Assembly (NCBI GenBank): GCA_013203565.1
Contig: JABMPZ010000093.1
Span: forward strand, 1 to 28,855
Reading direction: 5' to 3'
Source: Parcubacteria group bacterium
GTDB lineage: Bacteria > Patescibacteriota > Minisyncoccia > Minisyncoccales > CG1-02-41-26
Length of the DNA: 28,855 nucleotides
The stretch's first letter is position 1. Every line of letters starts with the position of its first letter. Positions 17,211-26,109 of the stretch are shown here, one piece after another. The notes below the pieces were generated by a model that saw only the letters and a program-made list of their open reading frames with translations, had not been told where the DNA came from and did not search any database. The position numbers and the translations under genes were made by a program.

Positions 17211-17882
17211 ATGAACAATAAAAAATCAATTATTAAAAAAATACAATCTTTAATTCGGAAGTTATCTGTGAGTTTTAAAAAGAAGAAATATAAAAAAACA
17301 GGGAAGCTACCATTGCAAGAGTTAATAGGGGACAGGGACGAGAAGTATGCCGACTATGCTAAAGCCCAAGTTAATAGAACATTAACCAAGATAGACAAAG
17401 ACGCTTCTTTTAGATATGGTCAGATTATTCAAGAATTCTTAAAAATTAAGCCGAATCATCAAGGCAGAGTTTTATGTGTGGGCTGCCGTAATGTATATGA
17501 ATTAAATGCTTTTGAAAAAGCTGGGTTTGAAAAAGTTCAAGGCATAGATTTAGTATCAATTGACCCAAGAATAACTGTAATGGATATGGGAGATATGAAA
17601 TTCAATGATAATACCTTTGATTTAGTTTATTCTGGCGACTCGTTAGAACATTCTTACGACATAAATCAAACAGCAGGTGAATTTTGTCGTGTTGTTAAAT
17701 CAGGAGGTCATATTGCTATTGAAACACCAATAAATTATCAAGCCAATCAGGTTGATAGGTGGGATGTAAAGAATTTAGATGGTTTGCTTGCTTTTTTCCG
17801 TCCTTATGTTAAAAATGTATCGTGCTTGTGGCAGGAGGTTTCACAAGAACATATTAAAGTGATTTTTGAGATTATAAAATAA
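17211..17882 (+). CDS. Class I SAM methyltransferase (Methyltransf_11-like)
   Basis: VLCVGCR, GIDL, MDMGDMKFNDNTFDLVYS, SLEH, RVVKSGG. Start reassigned to 17211 because the 17169 extension translates the hairpin element. Confidence 0.75.
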   Translation: MNNKKSIIKKIQSLIRKLSVSFKKKKYKKTGKLPLQELIGDRDEKYADYAKAQVNRTLTKIDKDASFRYGQIIQEFLKIKPNHQGRVLCVGCRNVYELNAFEKAGFEKVQGIDLVSIDPRITVMDMGDMKFNDNTFDLVYSGDSLEHSYDINQTAGEFCRVVKSGGHIAIETPINYQANQVDRWDVKNLDGLLAFFRPYVKNVSCLWQEVSQEHIKVIFEIIK

Positions 17883-17883
17883 C

Positions 17884-19164
17884 ATGTCTATTAAAATAGG
17901 ATTTTTCATTGAGAGAAAAGCTTATTATAAACACTTAGGACCTGTAATTGACGAGGCGCTTCAAAGAGGGCATAAGGTTTTTTGTTTTCACGATTACGCG
18001 CAAAGAAGGCAACAAGGTAAAAAAGCATATCAATTTGCATCAATAGATGACTTGCCTGATTTTTATTTTGGAAAGCCGTCGGTAATTACTTTTGATAGTC
18101 GTGAGAAATTAATTAAAAAAGCCAAAGAAAACAATGTTCAAGTTTTAGTTTCTTTGCTACATATGTCGCAAGAGTATATTGATCTAAAACAAAAATTGAA
18201 ACAAGCTGAAATTTTTTTAGTATCTCTACAGAGCGGTTGCGATAGTTTATCTACTGCTGAATCTTGGGGCGTTCCAGATACGACATTAATTTATTCTCAA
18301 GTATGGCTTGATTTAGCTGTTGAATACTCATTAAGGAGAAAAAAGATAACTAAGCCAGAACTTGATAATTTTCAACAACAACTTAAAGAAAAAATAAGGA
18401 TTGTTGGATTTCCCGAATTAGAACAAGGAAAAATGTTAAAATCTAATGACATAAAAAGGGAATGGGGTATTCCCGAAGATAAAAAGGTGGTTTTATATCT
18501 ACCGTTTCCTCTTAATTCAAGCCATAATAGTTTATGGGTATCATATATCTATGGCAAAAACAATATATTTTTGCAATTACCTTTGGCATTACTATCTTTC
18601 AACGCCAGATATATTAAACAGGTAATTAAAAAAAGGAACGACCAAAATGTTGTTAAATCAGTTAGAAAGTTTTGTGATAAAAACAATGCTTATCTCTTAG
18701 TTAAGTCCAGAAAAAAAGACCCAGTAAAGCCGTATGTCAAAAAAGTGGCGGATAAGGTTTTGTATGATGAAGACCTTTATCCAGCAACTATGATTAAATG
18801 TTTAAAAATTGCTGACTTGTGTTGTAATTTTTATTCCACTGCTGTCATAGAAACATCTTTTATGGGGGTGCCTAATATATGTATAGCTCCAGACACTGCT
18901 GACTGGATTAATATTCAACGGCCTCTTTGGCAGATGCTTTTTGAGAAAGCTTCTGATTTACACGATTTTCCTGGGGTTTCATATAAATTAAGTATTCCAG
19001 AAGCAATTAACGCATTTTCTGAAAAAACATTATTCGATTTTCCTTTTAATAAAGAAAAGCAAGCAGAATATATGAAAAAATATATTGGACCATTAGAGGG
19101 AAAATATGCTTCTAATGTTGTAGATATTGTAGAAAACCTTGTAAATACAGCAAAAATAAGGTAA
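17884..19164 (+). CDS. Uncharacterised GT-B-like protein (CDP-glycerol glycerophosphotransferase / nonulosonate-transferase-like C-terminus)
   Basis: RIVGFPELE, VLYLPFP, LLVKSRKKD, ADLCCNFYSTAVIETSFMGVP resemble the C-terminal Rossmann domain of TagF-like/CMP-sugar transferases. Located directly before pseB. Confidence 0.45.
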   Translation: MSIKIGFFIERKAYYKHLGPVIDEALQRGHKVFCFHDYAQRRQQGKKAYQFASIDDLPDFYFGKPSVITFDSREKLIKKAKENNVQVLVSLLHMSQEYIDLKQKLKQAEIFLVSLQSGCDSLSTAESWGVPDTTLIYSQVWLDLAVEYSLRRKKITKPELDNFQQQLKEKIRIVGFPELEQGKMLKSNDIKREWGIPEDKKVVLYLPFPLNSSHNSLWVSYIYGKNNIFLQLPLALLSFNARYIKQVIKKRNDQNVVKSVRKFCDKNNAYLLVKSRKKDPVKPYVKKVADKVLYDEDLYPATMIKCLKIADLCCNFYSTAVIETSFMGVPNICIAPDTADWINIQRPLWQMLFEKASDLHDFPGVSYKLSIPEAINAFSEKTLFDFPFNKEKQAEYMKKYIGPLEGKYASNVVDIVENLVNTAKIR

Positions 19165-19177
19165 AATAAATAAAAAT

Positions 19178-20152
19178 ATGAGCTTAGAAAACAAATCAAT
19201 TTTAATTACAGGCGGGGCAGGAAGCTTTGGTCAAAAGTTTGTTGAAATAGTTTTGAAAAAACACAATCCAAAAAGTGTGAGAGTTTTTGATATTAGAGAA
19301 TTAGCAATGGTTGAAATGCAAAGAAAATTTAAGGATGATGAAAGGGTTAGATTTTTAATCGGAGATGTGAGGGATAAAAGACGACTCCATAGAGCAATGA
19401 ATGGTATTGATATTGTTGTTCATACTGCCGCCCTAAAACACATAGATATTTGCGAATATAATCCGATTGAAGCAGTTAAAACAAATATTGAATCAGCAAT
19501 AGATATTATTGATTCAGCTATTGATAATAAAGTAGAAAAAGTCATTGCTTTGAGTACTGATAAGGCGGTTTATCCAACAAATCTATATGGAGCTACTAAA
19601 ATGGTGGCAGAGAAATTGTTTGTTCAAGGCAATTCTTATGCTGGCGGGCATAATCCCAGATTTTCCTGCACAAGATATGGCAATGTCTTGGCTTCATCTG
19701 GCAGTGTTGTGCCTTTGTTCAAAGAACAGGCAAAAACAGGGGAAATAACCATTACAGATAAAAGAATGACAAGATTTTGGATTACTTTGGAAGGTGGAGT
19801 GGATTTTGTTATTGAATGTATTAATAAGATGCATGGAGGCGAGATATTTGTGCCTAAAATTCCAAGTATGAAGATTACTGATTTAGCAGAGGTTATAGCT
19901 CCGGGTGCTCAAATCAAAGAAATAGGTATAAGGCCTGGTGAGAAATTAGATGAGGTTTTAATTACTAAAGAAGAAGCAAGACATACAAAAGAAATTGACA
20001 ATTCCTATATTATTGAGCCAGAGTTTCCTTTTTGGACAAAAGAGAATTTCAAGGAAGGAAAACCTCTTAATGATGAGTTTGAATATTCAAGTCAGACAAA
20101 CATAGAACAACTTACACCAGAGAAGTTAAAAGAAATTTTAAGTAGTATATGA
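19178..20152 (+). CDS. pseB: UDP-N-acetylglucosamine 4,6-dehydratase (inverting)
   Basis: ITGGAGSFG, HTAALKH..CEYNPIEAVKTN, LSTDKAVYPTNLYGATK, RYGNV..SSGSVVP, MTRFWITL, GIRPGEKL. Confidence 0.92.
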   Translation: MSLENKSILITGGAGSFGQKFVEIVLKKHNPKSVRVFDIRELAMVEMQRKFKDDERVRFLIGDVRDKRRLHRAMNGIDIVVHTAALKHIDICEYNPIEAVKTNIESAIDIIDSAIDNKVEKVIALSTDKAVYPTNLYGATKMVAEKLFVQGNSYAGGHNPRFSCTRYGNVLASSGSVVPLFKEQAKTGEITITDKRMTRFWITLEGGVDFVIECINKMHGGEIFVPKIPSMKITDLAEVIAPGAQIKEIGIRPGEKLDEVLITKEEARHTKEIDNSYIIEPEFPFWTKENFKEGKPLNDEFEYSSQTNIEQLTPEKLKEILSSI

Positions 20153-21291
20153 CAATTCCTGAAGAAAATTTCATTCCATATGCCAAGCAGTGGATTGATG
20201 AAGATGATATCAAGGAAGTTGAGAAGGTTTTGAGGAGTGATTGGATAACTCAAGGACCTGCGATTGATGAGTTTGAAAAGAAAGTAGCAGAATACTGTGA
20301 CGCTAAATATGCTGTGGCTGTTTCCTCTGGAACAGCTGCTTTGCATATTGCCTACAAAGTTGCTGGTATTGGCAAAGGAGATGAGGTTATAACAAGTCCA
20401 ATGACTTTTGCAGGCACTGCCAATGCTGTTGTTTACTGCGGAGGCACCCCTGTTTTTGCTGATATTGACCCTGATACATTGAACATTGACCCTAAGGAAA
20501 TTGAAAAAAAGATTACTGAAAAAACTAAGGCAATAGCAATTGTTGACTTCGCAGGCACGCCGTGTGACATTGACGCAATAAAAGAAATTGCCGACAAGCA
20601 TAATTTAATAATTATTGAAGATGCATGCCATGCTTTGGGTGCTGAATATAAAGGTAAAAAAGTTGGTAAATTAAGTGATATGACAGTATTTAGTTTTCAC
20701 CCAGCCAAGGTAATAACAACTGGAGAAGGGGGTATGATATTAACAGACAACAAGGAATTTGCAGACAAGATGAAAGTATTACGACATCATGGGGTTGTTA
20801 AAAATCCTGAAAAAGGTGGCTGGTATTATGATATAGAGGAATTGGGTTATAACTTTCGTATTACGAGTTTTCAGTGCGCTTTAGGTATCAGTCAGTTCAA
20901 AAAACTTGATAAGTTTATAGAAAGAAGAAGAGAAATAGTTGAAATGTATAATAAAGCTTTTTCAGATATTGATGAAATAATAATTCCAACTGAATCTGAT
21001 TATGCAAAATCAGCTTGGCATATTTATCCAATACAGTTTAAGTTGGGAAAACTTAACAGAAAGGAAATCTTTGATAAGTTTCATGAACAAGGTATTGGTG
21101 TTCAATTACATTATACGCCTGTGCATTTATTTAGTTTTTATAAAAAAGAGTTTGGTTATAAAGTAGGGGACTATCCAATGGCTGAAAAGTATTCAGAAAG
21201 AGCTATCACATTGCCGCTTTTTCCTAAGATGACTAATAAAGAAGTTGAAAGGGTAATAAAAGTTACAAAAGATATAATTTATGACAAATAA
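20149..21291 (+). CDS. pseC: PLP-dependent UDP-4-keto-6-deoxy-sugar aminotransferase (DegT family)
   Basis: IPYAKQWIDEDDI, DWITQGP, IEDACHALGA, SFHPAKVITTGEGG, LGYNFR. Follows pseB with an ATGA overlap. Confidence 0.9.
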   Translation: MTIPEENFIPYAKQWIDEDDIKEVEKVLRSDWITQGPAIDEFEKKVAEYCDAKYAVAVSSGTAALHIAYKVAGIGKGDEVITSPMTFAGTANAVVYCGGTPVFADIDPDTLNIDPKEIEKKITEKTKAIAIVDFAGTPCDIDAIKEIADKHNLIIIEDACHALGAEYKGKKVGKLSDMTVFSFHPAKVITTGEGGMILTDNKEFADKMKVLRHHGVVKNPEKGGWYYDIEELGYNFRITSFQCALGISQFKKLDKFIERRREIVEMYNKAFSDIDEIIIPTESDYAKSAWHIYPIQFKLGKLNRKEIFDKFHEQGIGVQLHYTPVHLFSFYKKEFGYKVGDYPMAEKYSERAITLPLFPKMTNKEVERVIKVTKDIIYDK

Positions 21292-21925
21292 AACATTTCA
21301 AGAAGAGAATTGGGGTGGTAACCATGGCGATGAATATAATGAGAGAAATCCGCAAACCATAGAAGAAATGGATGCGCTTTATATTGAAAATTATGGCATA
21401 AACCGTCAAGATTTGAATAAGGAGTTTCTTGAGAACATACCAAAAGATATTAAGATATTAGAGGTGGGAGCTAATGTTGGCTCGCAATTAGATGGGCTTC
21501 AGAAAATGGGTTTTGAAAAACTTTATGGAGTTGATATTAATAGAGATTCTATTGAAACAGCAAAAAACAACCTCAAGGGTGTTGATATTATTTTGGCTTC
21601 TGCTTCGGACTTGCCTTTCAAAGATAATTATTTTGATTTAGTTTTTACATCTGGTGTTTTAATTCATATTTCACCTGATAATATTAAAACAGCAATGAAA
21701 GAAATTACCAGATGTAGTAAAAAGTATATTTGGGGTTTAGAGTATTTTGCTGATACTCATACAGAGATACCTTATAGGGGAAAAAACAATTTACTTTGGA
21801 AAGCTGATTTTTCCAAACTCTATCTTGATGTATCTCCTGAATTAAAGCTTGTAAAAGAAAAAAAGATTAAATATAAGGACTCTGAAAATGTTGATTCTAT
21901 GTTTCTTTTAGAGAAAAATGTCTAA
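21281..21925 (+). CDS. Pseudaminic acid biosynthesis-associated methylase
   Basis: WGGNHGDEYNERN, ILEVGANVGSQL, FDLVFTSGVLIHISP, EYF, YRG....LWKADF. Sits inside the pse cluster. Confidence 0.85.
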   Translation: MTNKTFQEENWGGNHGDEYNERNPQTIEEMDALYIENYGINRQDLNKEFLENIPKDIKILEVGANVGSQLDGLQKMGFEKLYGVDINRDSIETAKNNLKGVDIILASASDLPFKDNYFDLVFTSGVLIHISPDNIKTAMKEITRCSKKYIWGLEYFADTHTEIPYRGKNNLLWKADFSKLYLDVSPELKLVKEKKIKYKDSENVDSMFLLEKNV

Positions 21926-22613
21926 AGCCAATTCAAAAATAGTAGCCATTGTGCAAGCGAGAATGGGTTCAACAAGATTGCCCGGCAAAGTTTTGATGGA
22001 TGTTGAGGATAAGCCAGTGGTTTGGTGGGTTTTAGAGCGATTAAAAAAAGCCAAAAGAATTGATGAGATTGTTTTGGCAATTCCAGATACAAAAGAAAAT
22101 GATATTTTGGCTGATTTTGCCAAAAAATATAACTATATATATGTAAGGGGAAGCGAGGAAGATGTTTTATCACGGTATTATAAAACAGCTAAAGACAGAG
22201 GCGCAGATATTATCGTGAGAATAACGGCTGACTGTCCGTTTGTTGACCCTGAAATAGTTGATAAGGTTATTAAAACACATTCAGAAGAGGGGAGTGATTA
22301 TACATCTAATGTGGTTGAAAGAACTTATCCCAAAGGGCTTGATACTGAAGTATTCAATTTTGATGTTTTAGAAAACGCCTACCTTGAGGCAAAACAGAGT
22401 CATCATAGAGAGCATGTATCCGCTTATTTCTTAGAAAATCCAGAAATGTTTCGTTTGGAAAATGTATCAGCGCCTCTTGATTTGCAAAATTCAAATATGC
22501 GGATTACTGTAGACACTCAAGAGGACTTAGATTTTATTCGAAAAATAGCAAAACATTTTTCTCCAAGGAAAGATTTTTCATCTATTGAAATCATAAATTA
22601 TGCCAAACATTAA
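21918..22613 (+). CDS. SpsF/PseF-like acylneuraminate cytidylyltransferase family protein
   Basis: IVQARMGSTRLPGKVL, RGSEEDVLSRY, VRITADCPFVDP, YPKGLDTEVF, REHV, RITVDTQED. Confidence 0.85.
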   Translation: MSKANSKIVAIVQARMGSTRLPGKVLMDVEDKPVVWWVLERLKKAKRIDEIVLAIPDTKENDILADFAKKYNYIYVRGSEEDVLSRYYKTAKDRGADIIVRITADCPFVDPEIVDKVIKTHSEEGSDYTSNVVERTYPKGLDTEVFNFDVLENAYLEAKQSHHREHVSAYFLENPEMFRLENVSAPLDLQNSNMRITVDTQEDLDFIRKIAKHFSPRKDFSSIEIINYAKH

Positions 22614-23055
22614 CTTAAGAAAAGCCGATGCTTCTGACACAAAGTTTTTATGGGAATTAAGGTGTCAGCCCGAGGTTTTTCAATACTTTAGAACACCAGA
22701 ACCCGTAGAATGGGAAAGCCATATTAAATGGATTGATCCTGTTTTGGAAGGAAAAACAAACAAAGAGCTTTTTATTATACAAGCAGAAGAAGAGAGGGTC
22801 GGTCAAGTAAGATTTGATTATGAGGAAAATGAGGCAGAAGTGAGTATTTCTATTATAAAAGAGTTTTGGGGAAAGGGGATTGGTTCTTTGGCTTTGGAAT
22901 TAGCTATAAAACAGGCGCAGAAAAATGAAAAAATAACAACTTTATTGGCTGAAATTCATAAAAACAATTTAGCATCTCAACGATTATTTAAGAAATTTAG
23001 TTTTGAGTTAAAAGAACAAAAAGACCAGTGGCTTAATTACACTCTACAGGTATGA
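22600..23055 (+). CDS. GNAT N-acetyltransferase (PseH-like)
   Basis: LRKAD.SD..FLWELR, HIKW, VGQVRFD, EVSISI, WGKGIG, NLASQRLF. Confidence 0.8.
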   Translation: MPNINLRKADASDTKFLWELRCQPEVFQYFRTPEPVEWESHIKWIDPVLEGKTNKELFIIQAEEERVGQVRFDYEENEAEVSISIIKEFWGKGIGSLALELAIKQAQKNEKITTLLAEIHKNNLASQRLFKKFSFELKEQKDQWLNYTLQV

Positions 23056-24131
23056 GCAATAAAATTATAAAAATAGGTAATAAAGAAGTAGGCGAGGGTA
23101 AACCTGTTTTAGTTGTTGCTGAAATATCTTGTAATCATTTGCAGGATTTTGAAAGAGCCAAGGAACTGGTTAAGACCGCTTGTGAGATTGGCGTGGGAGC
23201 TGTAAAACTTCAGCACTACACTCCTGCAACAATGACCTTAAAATCAGATAAGGATTATTTCAAGATAAAAAACCACCCTCTTTGGAAAGGAAAAACATTG
23301 TATGAACTTTATGAAACTGCATATATGCCATGGGAATGGTATGAGCCACTTAGCGAGTTGGCTGGAAAATATAATGTTCCTGTTTTTTCAACTGTTTATG
23401 ATGATACAGCTGTTGATTTTTTAGAAAAATATAATTGTCCTGCATATAAAATAGGTGGGTTTGAGGGGACAGATTATGAGTTATTGAAAAGGGTTGCTAA
23501 AACAAAAAAGCCAGTTATTTTATCCAGTGGAATGTCCACTAAAGAAGAACTTGAGAAAGCAGTGAATGTTTTAAGGGAAAATGGCTGTAATGATATAGTT
23601 ATTGTTAAGGCAGTTAATGCATATCCAACTGTTGATTTGAGTGAGATGAATTTAAGAACTATTCCTGCTCTTGAAAAAGAGTTTGATGTTATTTCAGGGC
23701 TTTCAGAGCATAGCATAACCCTTAATGTAAGCTTGCTTGCCGTAACTCTTGGAGCCAAAGTAATTGAGCGACATTTTACATTAAAAAGAAGCGATGGGGG
23801 AGCGGATTCTGCCTTTTCTCTGGAAACAGAAGAAATGGCTCAATTAGTAAGGGATATAAAAGATAGAAAAAATGTACAAGAAGATGAAAATATTTTAGGT
23901 AGTGTATTTTATGGAGTTACCAAAGCCGAACAAGAATCAATTATTTTTAAGCGTTCTTTATGGGTAATAAAACCAATTAAAAAGGGAGAAGAGTTTACAA
24001 AAGAAAATATAGGTAGATTTAGACCAAATAATGGTTTAGCAATAAAAGATTTACCAAATGTTTTAGGCAAAAAAGCAAAACAAGATATTGATTTTGCTGT
24101 CCCTTTGAGCTGGGATTTAGTTGAAGAATAA
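23052..24131 (+). CDS. pseI: Pseudaminic acid synthase (NeuB family, C-terminal SAF domain)
   Basis: VAEISCNH, AVKLQHYT, LYELY...PWEW, AYKI, LSSGM, AYP, GLSEH, IERHFTL.RSDGGADSAFSLE, RSLW.....KKGEEFTKEN. Confidence 0.9.
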   Translation: MSNKIIKIGNKEVGEGKPVLVVAEISCNHLQDFERAKELVKTACEIGVGAVKLQHYTPATMTLKSDKDYFKIKNHPLWKGKTLYELYETAYMPWEWYEPLSELAGKYNVPVFSTVYDDTAVDFLEKYNCPAYKIGGFEGTDYELLKRVAKTKKPVILSSGMSTKEELEKAVNVLRENGCNDIVIVKAVNAYPTVDLSEMNLRTIPALEKEFDVISGLSEHSITLNVSLLAVTLGAKVIERHFTLKRSDGGADSAFSLETEEMAQLVRDIKDRKNVQEDENILGSVFYGVTKAEQESIIFKRSLWVIKPIKKGEEFTKENIGRFRPNNGLAIKDLPNVLGKKAKQDIDFAVPLSWDLVEE

Positions 24132-24142
24132 CTATAAACTTT

Positions 24143-24814
24143 ATGAAAGTAAGTATTACTATACCTGCATATAATGCAGAAGAAACAATAAAAAAAGCAG
24201 TTCAGAGTGCTTTAAATCAAGATTTTCCGAAAGATGCTTTTGAAGTAGTTGTTGTTAATGATGGTTCAACAGATAACACATTAAATATCTTACAAGAATT
24301 TGGCGATAAGATAAGAATTATAAATCAAGCAAACCAAGGAGCTGTGAAAGCAGCTAATAAAGGATTTCGCGAAGCACGCAATGACTATATAATTAAACTT
24401 GATGCTGATGATGTTTTTGAATTGAATATAATCAAAGAAATGGCAGATGTATTGGATAAAAATTCAGATATTGATTTTGTGTATTCTGACTACTATGAAG
24501 AAAAACAAGGCGAAACAGAATTTGTATCAACGAGCGATAATCTTTTTAATACTATAGCCATTGGCATAATGTTTCGTAAACAAAAATTAGCCCGACAGGG
24601 CTTTTATAATGAAACAGTAGTTTTTGCAGAATATGATTTGCTTTTACAAACTCTTGATATATGGAATGGCTTTCATATACCCAAGCCCCTTTTTAGATAT
24701 ATGCGAAGAGAAGGGAGCATAACAACCAAAGAAGGGGTAAAAGAATTTATTGATGAGCTTAAAAAAGCACACCCGGATAAAATTAAAGAAATTGATAGTA
24801 TTCGTTGTTATTAA
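24143..24814 (+). CDS. GT2 glycosyltransferase (short, SpsA-like)
   Basis: SITIPAYNAE, VVNDGSTDNT, NQGAVKAANKG, KLDADD, EYDL. Confidence 0.88.
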   Translation: MKVSITIPAYNAEETIKKAVQSALNQDFPKDAFEVVVVNDGSTDNTLNILQEFGDKIRIINQANQGAVKAANKGFREARNDYIIKLDADDVFELNIIKEMADVLDKNSDIDFVYSDYYEEKQGETEFVSTSDNLFNTIAIGIMFRKQKLARQGFYNETVVFAEYDLLLQTLDIWNGFHIPKPLFRYMRREGSITTKEGVKEFIDELKKAHPDKIKEIDSIRCY

Positions 24815-24826
24815 GTATTGAGATGT

Positions 24827-26074
24827 TTACATCTTTTTGAAAAGATAGAATTGTAGAGAAAAGGTTATTGCCTCAAGTATTAAAAGCGCAGATATAGCTC
24901 CCCATATTCCAAATTGAGGCACCAAGATAAACAATGATAGTATATAAATGGGAGGTAGAACCAAGTTGCTTATCCATAATGATTTTGTTTTCATTTTAGC
25001 TGATAACGAAGTGCCAGCTAATGATCTTGGCACAGCGAAAAGCGCTAAAGCATAAACTTGGGAGTAAGCTACAAATTGTAGATATTTTGGAAAAAGCAGT
25101 TTAAAAATAAAAGGAGCTAAAATTATATAAAGGACTATTATCGGAGTTATAATAACAAGCATTTGCAACATTCTTTTCGGCACTGTCTTTTTTAACTCTT
25201 CAGAGGTTCGTTGGCTGAATTTAGGCATAGCTAAGCCAGGGATTACCTTAAAAACATCTTTAATTTTTAGAGGTAAAGCCAAGGCAATAAAATAAATAGC
25301 TATGCTGGCTGGTCCTAAAAAATGCCAGAGAATAATTTTGTCTAAATTATTATCCACTTTTCCCATAATACTTAATAAACTTAAGTGTTTGCCATAAGGT
25401 ATGGTTTTTTCATCTTGTTCTTTATTAAAGTTTACTTTTTTCATAGTTAATCCCAAAAAGATAAAATGTAGAACAGTCCATGATGAAAAATAAGCTAAAA
25501 GAATTATGAAAATGTTTTTAGTAAAAATTAGCGTAAGAATTACAATGCAAGTAGCTAAAATATGAGTGATTATCCTATATTTATTTTGAATATCAAACCG
25601 TTTTTTGCCACCCCAAAAAGATTCATAGATTATAAAAGAATTGATTAAAGGTAAAAACAAGCTGATAATTAAAAAAGCAAAACCTAAGGTATTATTTCCT
25701 TGTAAGAGATAATAACCCCCTGTTATTATACTACCCAAAGAGGCAAGTGTTCCCCATTTCAGTTTTGTTTTTAAGATAGGTATAAAAGAACCCTCTTTTC
25801 CTCTGGCTACTGCTTGTAATAGCGCAGTATTCATTCCAGAAAGAGTTGGTATTGCTAAAATGCCAGCCACAGATAAAACATACCTATAAGTACCAAAGGT
25901 TTTTGCAGATAATAAGTTGGCAAAAGCAAAAGTTAAAGCAAGGGCTGCTAATGATGTTATTGTTTGCCCCAAGCCAAGCCAAAAACCACCCTTGGCTAAA
26001 TAAACCATATCTGTTTGCGTGTATTTCTGTGAGCGTTTCAAGACCTTGTAAATTTTCTCTTTGAGGTTTAACAT
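24827..26074 (-). CDS. wzx: Wzx-type oligosaccharide flippase 2
   Basis: About 12 TM segments. Motifs TDMVYLAKGGFWL, FANLLS..TFGTYRYVLS, NLDKIILWHFLG..SIAIY, LVPQFGIWGA. Confidence 0.85.
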   Translation of the reverse strand: MLNLKEKIYKVLKRSQKYTQTDMVYLAKGGFWLGLGQTITSLAALALTFAFANLLSAKTFGTYRYVLSVAGILAIPTLSGMNTALLQAVARGKEGSFIPILKTKLKWGTLASLGSIITGGYYLLQGNNTLGFAFLIISLFLPLINSFIIYESFWGGKKRFDIQNKYRIITHILATCIVILTLIFTKNIFIILLAYFSSWTVLHFIFLGLTMKKVNFNKEQDEKTIPYGKHLSLLSIMGKVDNNLDKIILWHFLGPASIAIYFIALALPLKIKDVFKVIPGLAMPKFSQRTSEELKKTVPKRMLQMLVIITPIIVLYIILAPFIFKLLFPKYLQFVAYSQVYALALFAVPRSLAGTSLSAKMKTKSLWISNLVLPPIYILSLFILVPQFGIWGAISALLILEAITFSLQFYLFKKM

Positions 26075-26080
26075 TAATTT

Positions 26081-26109
26081 ATATTAACTGAAAATATGAT
26101 AAACAGCAA
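26081..26109 (-). promoter_or_regulatory. Possible leaderless promoter for flippase 2
   Basis: Minus strand TTGCTG (26109->26104), 17 bp, TAATAT (26086->26081), then 6 nt to ATG 26074. Confidence 0.35.
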
